A stretch of 64,000 nt of DNA from Alphaproteobacteria bacterium (GTDB taxonomy: Bacteria; Pseudomonadota; Alphaproteobacteria; SHVV01). The notes beneath the pieces were generated by a model. That model did no database searches, was not told the origin of the DNA, and worked only from the letters and a program-made list of their open reading frames with translations. The DNA is taken from positions 4,224,001 to 4,288,000 of the forward strand of contig OZ253470.1 in assembly GCA_965261735.1 (NCBI GenBank), read 5' to 3'. The position numbers and the translations under genes are program-made. This document shows positions 19,540-30,137 of the stretch, one piece after another; position 1 is the stretch's first letter; every line of letters begins with the position of its first letter.

Positions 19540-21231
19540 ATGGCGTCTCCGGCCGTTGCCGAAAGTCCGGCTCCCGACATCAACTGGAACAATCTGTGGT
19601 GGATCGCGATCCTCCTGGTCGTCCTGATCGTGGCGATCCGCGTCGAGAACTTCTGGTTCCTCAACTTCATTCACGTCTTCGCCGGCCTTTTGTGGACGGG
19701 CATCGACCTTTTCATGGGTTTCGTGATCGGCCCGATCATGCGAAGTCTTGGCGCCGAGGCCCGCCGCGCCATGATCGTTCCTTGCCTATTCGGTTAACGC
19801 CCATGACCGCTACATGTAGGGTGCCACCACTCTCCCGAGTAAAGCTCGGCATAGGTTGGAGCAGAGGTGTCGCCCGCGATGCCGAGCAATGAGCGGAAGG
19901 CGTTGAACGGGTAGAACCGCCTGTTGAAGCGGAAGGTGAACTCGTTGAGGTAGGCTTGTAGGTGCTGGTGGCTAACGCCGTGGTGGATACCGATCAGCCA
20001 CGTCTTCAGGTTGGCGAAAACCAGATGGATGATCGGCAGGTATTGCTCGGCAACCTCTGGATCACCACACTCGGCAACAGCGAAGTGCTCATAGCCGCGC
20101 TTACCGAGGCCAGCATAGCCGCTCCAATCGTCAGTAACGATCAGCGATCGCGGCGCGACGGTGCTCTCGACGAACCCACAGAGCGACTCGGCGCTACGGT
20201 CGAGCACGACGGCGAGCCGAACGCGTCCGGCATAGCGTCCGTCTTTCCGGTTGTCGAGCTTGGTGCCCGGCTTTCGATGACGCACCTCGATGGCACAGGA
20301 GACGGGAACCTTGTGGTGAACACCACGGCCTTCCCCACGCGTTCGCCCGCCAACCCAGGTTTCGTCCACCTCAACATGGTTCTTGGGCTGTCCACCGATC
20401 CTGTCTTGGTTGGGCCGCACCATGCCCGAGCGGAGCTTGTGGAGAATTTGAAAGGCCGTCTCGTAGCGCGAAAGACCAAGTTGCCGCTGAAACTGCACGG
20501 CGGACATGCCGGGCGTCTGACTGGCGACCAGATAAGCGGCCCAGAACCAGACGTTCAGCGGAGTGTGGCTACGCTCCATCACTGTTCCCACCGTCAGCCC
20601 GGTGTTCTGGCGGCACTTGCGGCAGCGCAGGACGCCAGGGCGGTTTTCAAAGTGGAACGGCTCTCCCGCCGTGCCGCAGTGCGGGCAGGCAAAGCCGTCT
20701 CCCCAGCGGGCTTTCTCCAGGTAGGCGGCGCAGGCCGCATCATCGGGGAAAAGTCGCTGGAACTCGGGTAGCGAATGCGGGAATGGGAGATCGGCGCGGT
20801 CGAGAACATCCATGGCGCGCTCCCCTATATCCGGGTTGCGCCCATTCTAGCCCTAGTGGGTGTGGGTGTAAACCGGATAGGCAAGGATCGTTCGTCTCAT
20901 GCCGCGCATGCTCTTTATCATGCCGACCGTCTCTATTGTGGCGACGATGGCGGGCTGGTTCCTGGCCGTTCAAGCCGGGTACATCGATCTACCCTACCCT
21001 CAGCTGTGGTGGGTGATTGGCGCGCTCGCGATCGTCACCATCCTGACCGTTCAGGGGCTGGGCCTCCTCCTGCCGACCAATATCCGCGTTTATCTCGAGA
21101 TGCGCAGTGACCATCCCGACATGGACAAGGTCGGCCGCCTGATGCGCATCTACATGTTCGTGATCGCCTCGCAAGGCATCATGCAACTCGCCATCATCGT
21201 CATCATGACGCGATTTGCGTCCGGCCTGTAG
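19540..21231 (+). pseudogene. Multi-TM membrane protein split by IS1595-A
   Basis: Removing 19781-20885 and one TSD copy restores the frame ...ARRAMIVRLMPRMLFIMP... Confidence 0.88.
19781..20885 (-). mobile_element. IS1595-family element A (ISSod11-like), intact; transposase 19794-20813
   Basis: IRs CTTGCCTATYCGG, 8-bp TSD GATCGTTC (19773-19780 and 20886-20893); Zn ribbon CPHCG/CRKC, EVDE, TDD, YLNEFTFRFNRR. Confidence 0.96.
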
Positions 21232-21273
21232 CCGCCGCTCCCGCGAAGAACCCAGGGCGCGCCGCCGCGAATC

Positions 21274-21416
21274 GTCGGAATCCTTACACTCTCGACGTCG
21301 TCCGCGATCGCTTGGGGATAAGCGCGTCTAACCCCTTGTAATCCAACAGATAATATCAGAATCGTTGTGGCGGACTGCAGGGCGCGGCGGCGTCACGACC
21401 GTTAGGATTGTTTACA
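21274..21416 (+). promoter_or_regulatory. Two putative PEP-CTERM-box activator sites
   Basis: GTCGGAATCCTTACA (21274-21288) and GTTAGGATTGTTTACA (21401-21416); TTTACA-type motifs are reported upstream of PEP-CTERM genes. Confidence 0.6.
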
Positions 21417-21478
21417 CTTCGCGTGGTCCAACCGGTCTCGATACCGTAACTCATTGAATCTTAAGGAACCGCGCCCTT

Positions 21479-21493
21479 GGGCACGGTCCTTGC
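21479..21493 (+). promoter_or_regulatory. sigma54 (-24/-12) promoter
   Basis: GGGCAC-GGTCC-TTGC with correct GG-N10-GC spacing; IHF-like site TAACTCATTGAAT at 21447-21459. Confidence 0.7.
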
Positions 21494-21608
21494 GCTTAAT
21501 GCGCAGCGGACGGTTCGAGTTGCCCGGGTGCCTCAAGTGTAACGGGCGTCACAGTGCAGCCGAGGTGATGCGTGCAAATGTACGGTACCAAAAAGAAGGT
21601 TCGCCCTC

Positions 21609-22613
21609 ATGCGTAGCCCCGACGGCCTTCATGTGCCTTCCATGGCGCTGGTCGCGTTGCTCGTTTCGGCGCCGGTGCTCGCCGCACCGTTCTCGGTCGA
21701 CGGCGACCTCAGCGACTGGGGCATCGTCGTCGGCGACGGTTCGGCCACCACGCTGGACAGCATCATCGGTGACCCCGGCGGCCTGGTCGTCAACAACACC
21801 AACGGGGGCGTGGGCACGGACTATTCGGGCCTCGCACTGGGCGGCGGCATCTGGACGTTCGCGGTCGAAGACACCAACGATTCGCGCGACAACTACGCGG
21901 TCGGCCCCAACTATGGCGGCCAGAACTACGATATCGAATTCATCGGCCTGGCACGCGAAGCGGACAAGATCTTCGTCGCTATTCTGAGCGGGCTGAGGCC
22001 GGACAATTCGCCCAACAACACCACACCCGATTCGCGCTACTTCGGTCCCGGTGACATCTTCATCCGCTCCGATGACCTCGCCAAGGACTTCGTTCTCGAG
22101 GCTGGAGGCGGGCCTTCGGGCGTAAGCGGCGGCACGTCCACGACCGAAGGCGATGCCGGGTCGGACTACACATTGAATAGCAGCGGTTTCACGACCGCGC
22201 ACGCGACCTCACACGCGGATCAGAAAGTGGGGACGCTTTGGGAACGCAGCGACGTCGACGTGGTCCTGGATCCCATCACGCCCAAGCTCGATGCCCAATT
22301 CAGGGTCAAGACCGGTAGTGGTGGCGCGGCGCTCGGAACCGCCGTAGCGACGGCCGACTACGAGTTCACGCTGAACACGGTTACGGCGACGCATTCCATC
22401 ATCGAGTTCTCGCTGCCGCTGAGCGTCTTCTACGCCGATGTCAACGACCTCAGCGAACTGATCCACTTTACCTTTGGACCCTCGTGCGGCAACGATACGT
22501 TGACCACCTCCGGTACGCCGCCCAGCATACCGGAACCCGCGAGCCTGATCCTGCTCGGCATCGCGCTCGGTGGCCTTGGCTTCGTCGCACGGCGGCGCCG
22601 CCGCTCGAGCTGA
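21609..22613 (+). CDS. PEP-CTERM sorting-domain surface protein
   Basis: Signal peptide, Gly/Asp/Thr-rich body, C-terminal IPEPASLILLGIALGGLGFVARRRRRSS. Confidence 0.93.
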   Translation: MRSPDGLHVPSMALVALLVSAPVLAAPFSVDGDLSDWGIVVGDGSATTLDSIIGDPGGLVVNNTNGGVGTDYSGLALGGGIWTFAVEDTNDSRDNYAVGPNYGGQNYDIEFIGLAREADKIFVAILSGLRPDNSPNNTTPDSRYFGPGDIFIRSDDLAKDFVLEAGGGPSGVSGGTSTTEGDAGSDYTLNSSGFTTAHATSHADQKVGTLWERSDVDVVLDPITPKLDAQFRVKTGSGGAALGTAVATADYEFTLNTVTATHSIIEFSLPLSVFYADVNDLSELIHFTFGPSCGNDTLTTSGTPPSIPEPASLILLGIALGGLGFVARRRRRSS

Positions 22614-22715
22614 CGACCCGCAGCGCACGGACCTCAACTGGCGCCCGGCCAGTCGACCACCGCACTCGGCGCCCTCCCAACAACCTCTGATGCGAGCCCA
22701 CGCCAGGGGCGCCCT

Positions 22716-23903
22716 GTGACTCCCGGCGGGCACGGAGCGCGCAGTAGCGCAGCCGCGACAAAGCGGAGGAGGGTGGTCTACGGCTTGCTCGCTATTTGTT
22801 TGGCGGTCGTCGTGGGCTTCGCACTCGCCGAAGTCGGGACGCGCGCACTTGCGCCCGCGAGCGGCAGTGCCGGTACGCTCGACCCGGGGCTATTCCGCTA
22901 CGATGCGCGCCTCGGCTGGCGGTTGTCGCCGAACTGGTCGGGCAGGCACGTTCACGAGGCTTATTCCGCCGCCTACGCCACCAATCGCCATGGCTTTCGC
23001 GGCACGTTCGAGCGCGCCCGCGCACCCGGCACCACGCGCCACGCGTTTCTGGGCGACAGCTTCACCTTCGGCTTCGGCGTCGATGACGGCCACACGTTCG
23101 TCGACCTGTTGAACGCGGGTGGCCGCGGCGTGTCCTACCTCAATTTCGCCGTGCCGGGCTACAGCACGGATCAGCAAGCGCTGCTGCTCGCCGATACGGT
23201 CCTGGATTTTGCGCCCGAATCGGTTCACGTCGTCGTTTATCTCGGCAACGACATTTTTGACAATCAGCGCGACATCCCGATCCAGGGAAACGCGCGCAAG
23301 CCCCGTTTCGTCAACAGTCCCGGTGGCCTTGCGCTCGAGGGCGTACCGGTGCCGCGGGGTGCGCTACCGGTGGCTGACGCGGCTGGCGGCTTGCGCGCTA
23401 TCATTTTCGGCGAGGACGCATCCCTCGGCCCGCTCGGGAGCTGTGTTCGGCTGGTCCGCACTGTACCGGCGGGCCGAGCCCCTTCTTCACAGGCCGAGCG
23501 ACCTCGACGCTCACTTCGAGCGCAACTTCGCCGAGGCCCTCGATCTCTTCGCGGCAATCACCGTGCAGGCGCGAGATGGGGCGGCGGCGGCCGGCGCGAG
23601 CTTCGGGCTCGTCCTCATGCCGGGGCCGTCGTTCATCACCAGGCCGCGCTCCGTTTCGGCACGGTTCCAGAATTATCTACGGCGCACGATCGTTGAGCGT
23701 AGCGAACGACTCGGCATCCCTGTCGTCGATCTCGCCGGGCTGTTGCGCGAGCGCCATGAGCGCGCACCGGGAGTCTGGTTTTTCCCCGCGAGGGCCACCT
23801 CACCGTGGAGGGGCATTGCGTTGTCGCCGATGAATTGTTCCGGCGCATGTTCGGCGGCGGCCAGGGCAGCGACAACGCGCCTGGCCAGACTTGCACGCCC
23901 TAG
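22716..23903 (+). pseudogene. SGNH/GDSL-like hydrolase with two frameshifts (~23440, ~23789)
   Basis: FLGDSFTFG, NFAVPGYSTDQ, YLGND in the first frame; continuation in a second frame; EGHLTVEGH block V in a further shifted frame ending TAG 23901-23903. Confidence 0.78.
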
Positions 23904-24110
23904 GCCACCACGAAAACGCGCGGCGAGGCCGGAAACGGCTAGGCCGCGAACGCCCCGTAAGCTACAAATAGAGTTCCAGACCGAGCCACCGGGTTCCACC
24001 AGCGTCCTCTTAGGCGGCGACAGCCGTGGCTGGCGCTCCACGGCTCCGGGCGAGTCGCGGAGGGCTTGCACCACCGTCGGCTCGGCTATGGCGGCGGAAC
24101 GGGGGGCGAG

Positions 24111-24560
24111 ATGCCAACGTACGTCAATCCAAACAAGTGCGACGGGTGCAGGGCGCTCGACCGCCCGGCATGCATGTACATCTGCCCGATGGACCTGATG
24201 ACGCTCGATACGGCGACCGGCAAGGGGTTCAACCAGGAGCCCGACCTGTGCTGGGAGTGCTATTCCTGCGTCAAGATCTGCCCCAACAGCGCCATCGACA
24301 TGCGCGGCTATGCCGACGTGATGCCTATGGGGGCGGCGCTCAAGCCGGTGCGCGGCACACGCTCCATCATGTGGACCGCCCAGTATCGAGACGGCCGCAT
24401 CAAGCAGTTCAAGCTGCCGATCCGGAGCACGCCGTGGGGTTCGATCGTTCCCTTTCCGGATGACGCGCGGCCGAGCCGGATGGACGTCAAGTCGACGGCC
24501 CTCTTCGGCGAGGAAAAGTATCTCGGCGTGGACCGGCTTCCCGCGCCCGGGTCCGCGTAG
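24111..24560 (+). CDS. aprB: Adenylylsulfate (APS) reductase beta subunit
   Basis: MPTYVNPNKCDGC...ACMYICPMDLM...NQEPDLCWECYSCVKICP...RGYAD. Confidence 0.95.
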   Translation: MPTYVNPNKCDGCRALDRPACMYICPMDLMTLDTATGKGFNQEPDLCWECYSCVKICPNSAIDMRGYADVMPMGAALKPVRGTRSIMWTAQYRDGRIKQFKLPIRSTPWGSIVPFPDDARPSRMDVKSTALFGEEKYLGVDRLPAPGSA

Positions 24561-24585
24561 TCCGGCGCGGCGTTTGGAAGGACCA

Positions 24586-26454
24586 GTGGATCAGCCTGAA
24601 ACCGAGGTCGTCGAGTGCGACGTCTTGATCGTCGGTGGCGGCATGTCCGGCTGCGGGGCTGCCTACGAGACCGCATTCTGGGCCAAGGAACAGGGCCTGC
24701 GCACCGTCGTGGTCGAGAAGGCGGCGATGGAGCGCAGCGGGGCCGTGGCCATGGGCCTCTCGGCCATCAACTGCTACATGGGCATGAAATGGGGCGAGAA
24801 CACGCCTGAGGATTTCGTTCGCTACGTCCGCAACGACCTCATGGGCCTGTCCCGCGAGGACTTGGTCTACGACATCGCCCGCCACGTCGACTCGGCGGTC
24901 CACATGTTCGAGGACTGGGGCCTGCCGTTCCTCAAGACCGAGGAGGGACGTTACGTCCGCGAGGGCCGCTGGCAGGTCATGATCCACGGCGAGTCCTACA
25001 AGCCCATCGTCTCCGAGGCGGCGAAGAAGGCGGTCGGCAACGACAACGTTTATCAGCGCATTTTCATCTCCCATCTGCTGAAGGACAGGCGCAACCCCAA
25101 CCGCATCGCCGGCGCAGTCGGCTTCAGCGTCCGCGACCCGAAGATCTATGTGTTCAAGGCGCGCGCGGTCGTGTGCGCCTGCGGCGGGGCAACCAACGTG
25201 TGGCGCCCGCATGCGGTGGGCGAAGGCCTGGGGCGGATCTGGTACTCGGTCTTCAACACGGGCTCGGTCTACAAGCTCATGCTCAACGCCGGGGCGGAGC
25301 TCAGCCAAATGGAGCACCGCCTGGTGCAGACCCGTTTCAAGGACGGCTATGGGCCGGTGGGGATGTGGTTCCTGCTGTTCAAATCGGTCGTCAAGAACGC
25401 CTACGGCGAGCGCTATGACGAGACCCGCGCGGCCGAGCTGGAGAAGTGGGCGCCTTACGGAACTGCGCATCCGGTGCCGACCCCATTGCGCAACCACCAG
25501 ATGCTGCAGGACATCTTCGCGGGGCGCGGCCCGCACTACATGCGCACCGATGAAGCCCTGCAACGGCTGTACGAGGGGCAGACGCCGGAGCGCATCCGCG
25601 AGATCGAGAGCGAGGCCTGGGAGGACTTCCTCGACATGACGATGTCCCAGGCCCTGCTATGGGCCGCCCACGGAATCGATCCGGCCGAGGACCCCTCCGA
25701 GCTCTCGATCACCGAGCCCTATCTGATGGGCTCGCACGCGTCGGGCTGCGGTGCCTGGGTAAGCGGTCCCGATGACGTCTCGCCGCCCGAATACCGCTGG
25801 GGCTACAACCGGATGACGACCGTCGAGGGCTTGTTCGCGGCCGGTGATGGCGTGAGTGGATCGGCGCACAAGTTCTCGTCGGGGTCCTTCACCGAGGGCA
25901 GGCTCGCAGGGAAAGCCGCGGTCGCCTACATCGCCGACCTGGGCGAGAGGCCCGAGGTTGACGACGCCGAGGTCGGCCGCATCACGCGCGAGCTTTGGCG
26001 CCCGGTGGAGGTCGCCGCGCAGGCGGGCCCCGCGACCTCGCACGAGGACGTCGAGGCCAAGTATTTTCTACCCAAGCTCGGGCTGTTCCGGCTGCAGAAA
26101 ATCATGGACGAGTACGCCGCTGGCCCGGGCGCCTACTACACGACCAATGAAGCAACCCTGAAACGCGGACTCCAGCTACTGGCCGAACTCAGGGCGGACA
26201 TGGAGAACCTGGGCGCGCGCGACCTCCATGACCTGCTGCGGTGCTGGGAACTTCGCGACCGCGTTCTGTGCGCGGAGTGCCACATCCATCACGTGCTGTT
26301 TCGCGAAGAGACGCGCTGGCCAGGCTATTTGTACCGCTCCGACCACCCCAAGCTCGACGAGGAGAACTGGAAGGTGTTCGTGAACTCGCGCTACGACGCC
26401 GATAGCGATACCTGGCACATGTCGAAGAAGCCCTTCATTCCCCTCATCGACTGA
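24586..26454 (+). CDS. aprA: APS reductase alpha subunit
   Basis: GGGMSGCG FAD motif, RSGAVAMGLSAINCY, REGRWQVMIHGESYK, RFKDGYGPVG, EDFLDMT, MGSHAS, HKFSSGS, REETRWPG; GTG start after GAAGGA. Confidence 0.95.
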   Translation: MDQPETEVVECDVLIVGGGMSGCGAAYETAFWAKEQGLRTVVVEKAAMERSGAVAMGLSAINCYMGMKWGENTPEDFVRYVRNDLMGLSREDLVYDIARHVDSAVHMFEDWGLPFLKTEEGRYVREGRWQVMIHGESYKPIVSEAAKKAVGNDNVYQRIFISHLLKDRRNPNRIAGAVGFSVRDPKIYVFKARAVVCACGGATNVWRPHAVGEGLGRIWYSVFNTGSVYKLMLNAGAELSQMEHRLVQTRFKDGYGPVGMWFLLFKSVVKNAYGERYDETRAAELEKWAPYGTAHPVPTPLRNHQMLQDIFAGRGPHYMRTDEALQRLYEGQTPERIREIESEAWEDFLDMTMSQALLWAAHGIDPAEDPSELSITEPYLMGSHASGCGAWVSGPDDVSPPEYRWGYNRMTTVEGLFAAGDGVSGSAHKFSSGSFTEGRLAGKAAVAYIADLGERPEVDDAEVGRITRELWRPVEVAAQAGPATSHEDVEAKYFLPKLGLFRLQKIMDEYAAGPGAYYTTNEATLKRGLQLLAELRADMENLGARDLHDLLRCWELRDRVLCAECHIHHVLFREETRWPGYLYRSDHPKLDEENWKVFVNSRYDADSDTWHMSKKPFIPLID

Positions 26455-26480
26455 CCGGGCGGGGAGGAGCGGCACGGCGC

Positions 26481-28343
26481 GTGACCATGGACCGGCCGGC
26501 AAAGGAAGTGGTGGCGTGCGATGTCCTGATCGTGGGCGGCGGCATGGCCGGTTGCGGCGCCGCGTACGAGGCGGCGCGCGTAGCCAGGGACAAGGGCCTT
26601 AGGACGGTTCTGGTCGACAAGTCGACCATCGCTCGCAGCGGTGCGGTCGGCATGGGCCTGTCGACGATCAACTGCTACATCGGCGCCGAAGGCGGCGAGA
26701 ACACGCCCGAGGACTTCGTCCGTTACGTGCGCAACGACCTCATGGGTATCTCGCGCGAAGACCTAGTCATGGATATCGCGCGCACCGTGGACGCGGCGGT
26801 CCATCTGTTCGAGGACAAGGGTCTCAAGTTTGCCTCGGGCGGCGAGAACGGGCGTTACGCGCGCGCGGGCCGCTGGCAGGTCAAGATCGAAGGCGACTCG
26901 TACAAGCCGATCGTGGCCGACCTCGCCCGCGAGGCCCTCGGCGAGGACAACCTGTTCGAGCACGTCTTCATCTCCCATCTGCTCAAGGACAGGCGTGACC
27001 CGAACCGCATCGCCGGCGCCGTTGGCTTCGGTTTGCGCGAGCCCAAGATTTACGTCTTCACCGCCCGCGCGGTGATCTGCGCGTCCGGCGGCGCGACCGA
27101 CGTCTGGCGCCCGCACCGAATGAGCGAAGGCCTCGGCCGGTATTGGTACGCCGCGTTCAACTCGGGCTCGGTCTACCGGCTCATGCTCGAGGCCGGGGCC
27201 GAGATGAGCCAGATGGAGCACCGCCTCATCCAGACCAGGTTCAAGGAGGGCTACGGCCCCGTGGGCATGTGGTCGCTGCATCAGCGGGCGGCGGCCGAGG
27301 GCGTGTTTGGAGACGGCGCGGGAGAGGGCGACGACGGGTGGTTGCCATACGGCGCGGCCGATCCGACCCCAACGCCGGTTCGCAACTTCCAAATGATGCG
27401 AGGCATCTTCGCCGGGCGAGGTCCCTTCACCATGAGGGCCGACGAGGCGTTCCAGAGGCTCTATCGGGGCCAATCGCCGGAAAGCGTTGTCGGGCTCGAT
27501 GGGTGGGGCGACTTCCTCGACGGTACCACCAAGGCACAGGCGCTCGATTGGGCGGCCCAGCCCGTCGATCCCTCGGCGCCGGCGGAAGAGGTCTATCTGA
27601 GCGAGCCCTATCTGCTCGGCGCCCATGCGTCCGCGTGCGGCGCCTGGGTGAGCGGACCCGAGGACATCGCGCCGCCCGAATACCGTTGGGGCTACAACCG
27701 GATGACCACGGTTGCCGGGTTGTTCACCGCCGGCGACGGGGTTGGCGGCGCGGCCCACAAGTTCTCGTCCGGCTCGTTCGCCGAGGGCTCACTCGCTGGG
27801 AAAGCCATTCTCGCCTACGTTGCCGACCTGGCGGAAACGCCGGAGATCGACGACGGTGAGGTCAACCGGATCCAAGAGGATATCTGGGCGCCCTTCGCCG
27901 CCTACGAGGAGGGCCGCGGCGCCTCGTCGCGCGACGATGTCAACCCGAACTATCTCTTCCCCAAGATGGGGCTCCTGCGGCTGCAAAAGATGATGGACGA
28001 GTATGCCGGCGGCCCAGGCGCTTACTACCGGGTCAACGATCCGACGCTCGTGCGCGGGCTCGAGCTCCTTCAAACGCTCAAGGAAGACCTCGACAAGCTC
28101 GCCGCGCGCGACGTGCGCGAGCTACTGCGCTGCTGGGAGTTACGCGACCGCGTGCTGTCCGCCGAGTGCCACGTGCGCCACGTGTTGTTCCGCAAGGAGA
28201 CACGGTGGCCGGGCTACCTCTTTCGCCCCGACTACGCCAGCCTCGACGACGACAACTGGAAGGTGTTCGTCAACTCGCGCTACGACGCCGCCTCGGGCAC
28301 CTGGGAGATGTCGAAGAAGCCGGTAATTGCGGTGATCGACTAA
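26481..28343 (+). CDS. Second, diverged APS reductase alpha-like subunit (AprA')
   Basis: Full-length colinear paralogue of the upstream aprA with substitutions in conserved motifs (RAGRWQVKIEGDSYK, MWSLHQR, GDFLDGT, LGAHAS). Confidence 0.9.
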   Translation: MTMDRPAKEVVACDVLIVGGGMAGCGAAYEAARVARDKGLRTVLVDKSTIARSGAVGMGLSTINCYIGAEGGENTPEDFVRYVRNDLMGISREDLVMDIARTVDAAVHLFEDKGLKFASGGENGRYARAGRWQVKIEGDSYKPIVADLAREALGEDNLFEHVFISHLLKDRRDPNRIAGAVGFGLREPKIYVFTARAVICASGGATDVWRPHRMSEGLGRYWYAAFNSGSVYRLMLEAGAEMSQMEHRLIQTRFKEGYGPVGMWSLHQRAAAEGVFGDGAGEGDDGWLPYGAADPTPTPVRNFQMMRGIFAGRGPFTMRADEAFQRLYRGQSPESVVGLDGWGDFLDGTTKAQALDWAAQPVDPSAPAEEVYLSEPYLLGAHASACGAWVSGPEDIAPPEYRWGYNRMTTVAGLFTAGDGVGGAAHKFSSGSFAEGSLAGKAILAYVADLAETPEIDDGEVNRIQEDIWAPFAAYEEGRGASSRDDVNPNYLFPKMGLLRLQKMMDEYAGGPGAYYRVNDPTLVRGLELLQTLKEDLDKLAARDVRELLRCWELRDRVLSAECHVRHVLFRKETRWPGYLFRPDYASLDDDNWKVFVNSRYDAASGTWEMSKKPVIAVID

Positions 28344-28476
28344 GGGCGCGGAAAGGGCGTCTACCCATAAGTGCAGTTTGAATCTCAGTTTGGTTGGACT
28401 TTGACCGGTAAGCTCGCGCAATAAGCGTCGGTGCCGTTCTCTTTACCCGTCTTGTACGTGCCAATTCCAGTCCTTC

Positions 28477-29855
28477 GGTCGTGTCCCAGGACGTGGTGTA
28501 GGAGTTGTTGGAGCCTCTGTTAGCTGTGGGTAGGCGGCTTGCCGTAGCGACCGCCGAGAGTCTGGCGTAGGCAAGCCGGCTATCCACAGCGGAGGCCATC
28601 GCGGTTCCGGTTTAGGGTTGGGCTAGTGCAAACCAACCTAACCCGAAGGAGAACCACGATGACCCAGGACATGATGACCCTGCGCGCGCTTTTGGAGAAG
28701 AGCTCCGATGCCGATCTGCTTTGCGAGATGATCGGCTTCACGGCCGAGCCGCTGATGGCACTGGAGGTTGAGGGCCTGACCGGCGCCGCTCACGGCGAGC
28801 GCTCGGCGGATCGTATCACCCACCGCAACGGCGACCGCGACCGGTCCTGGGAGACGCGGGCCGGCACGGTCGAGCTGAAGATCCCGAAGCTGAGGAAGGG
28901 GAGCTACTTCCCGGGCTTCCTGGAGCCGCGGCGGATGGCCGAGAAGGCGCTGGCTGCGGTGATCCAGGAGGCCTACATCCAGGGCGTGTCGACCCGCTCG
29001 GTCGACGACCTGGTGCAGGCCATGGGCATGTCGGGCGTCTCCAAGAGCCAGGTCTCCAGGCTGTGCGGCGAGATCGACGATAAGGTCAACGGCTTCCTCG
29101 ATCGATCGCTGGAGGGCGACTGGCCCTATCTGTGGCTCGACGCAACCTATGTGAAGGTGCGCGAGGCCGGGCGCATCGTCTCGGTCGCGGTGACCGTGGC
29201 TGTGGCCGTCAACGACCAGGGCCGCCGCGAGGTCCTGGGCATGGCGATCGGCGCGTCTGAGGCCGAGGCCTTCTGGACCGAGTTCCTGCGCTCGCTGGCC
29301 CGGCGCGGGCTGCGTGGCGTGAAGCTGTTGATCTCCGACGACCACAAGGGTCTGAAGGCCGCCGCGACCCGGATCCTCGGCGCCACCTGGCAAAGATGCC
29401 GCGTGCACTTCGCCCGCAACCTGCTGGCCCATGCCGGCCGCCAGGGCCGGCGCGTCGTCTCCGCCTTCGTCGCCACCGCCTTCGCCCAGGAGGACGCCGA
29501 CAGCGCGAAGGCCCAGTGGCGTCAGGTCGCCGACCAGCTCAGGCCCAAGGTGCCCAAGCTGGCAGTTCTCATGGACGAAGCCGAGCACGACGTCCTCGCC
29601 TACATGACTTTCCCCAAGGAGCACCGCCAGAAATTGCACTCCACAAACCCGATCGAACGGCTCCATGCCGAGGTCAAGCGCCGCACCAACGTCGTCGGCA
29701 TCTTTCCCAACGAAGCCGCCATCACACGGCTCGTCGGCGCCATCCTTCTCGAGCAGAACGATGAGTGGGCCGTCTCAAGGAGATACATGACGCTGGAATC
29801 CATCGCTCCGCTGAGCGATGGTGTCCCCATCACGCTGCCCACCGTGGCAGCCTGA
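28477..29855 (+). mobile_element. IS256-family element (transposase 28659-29855); right end apparently deleted
   Basis: Left end GGTCGTGTCCCAGGACGTGGTGTAG; [31 protein letters not shown]; no matching right IR seen after the stop. Confidence 0.9.
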
Positions 29856-30137
29856 ACGTCCCGGGCGGGCGCCGTAGCCCGGCCCGGGGTTCGTGGGCGT
29901 TGCCAACGCCGCCACGATCCCGCACTCAGAACTCGCGACCCTCGGGCATGATACGAAAGTCGGGGCCATCGCTGGTGCGCGTCGGCGCGGTCGACGATGC
30001 GCAGACGGCACTGGCGGTGGTCGCCAAAGGAACGTGCCGACCGCGGCGAGGTCGTCATCGGCGACTCCAAGGGCGCCGGCGAGCTCGGATGAGGCGGCCG
30101 CCCAAGGGCGCGCCGCACCGATGCGACGCGCCGTCTC

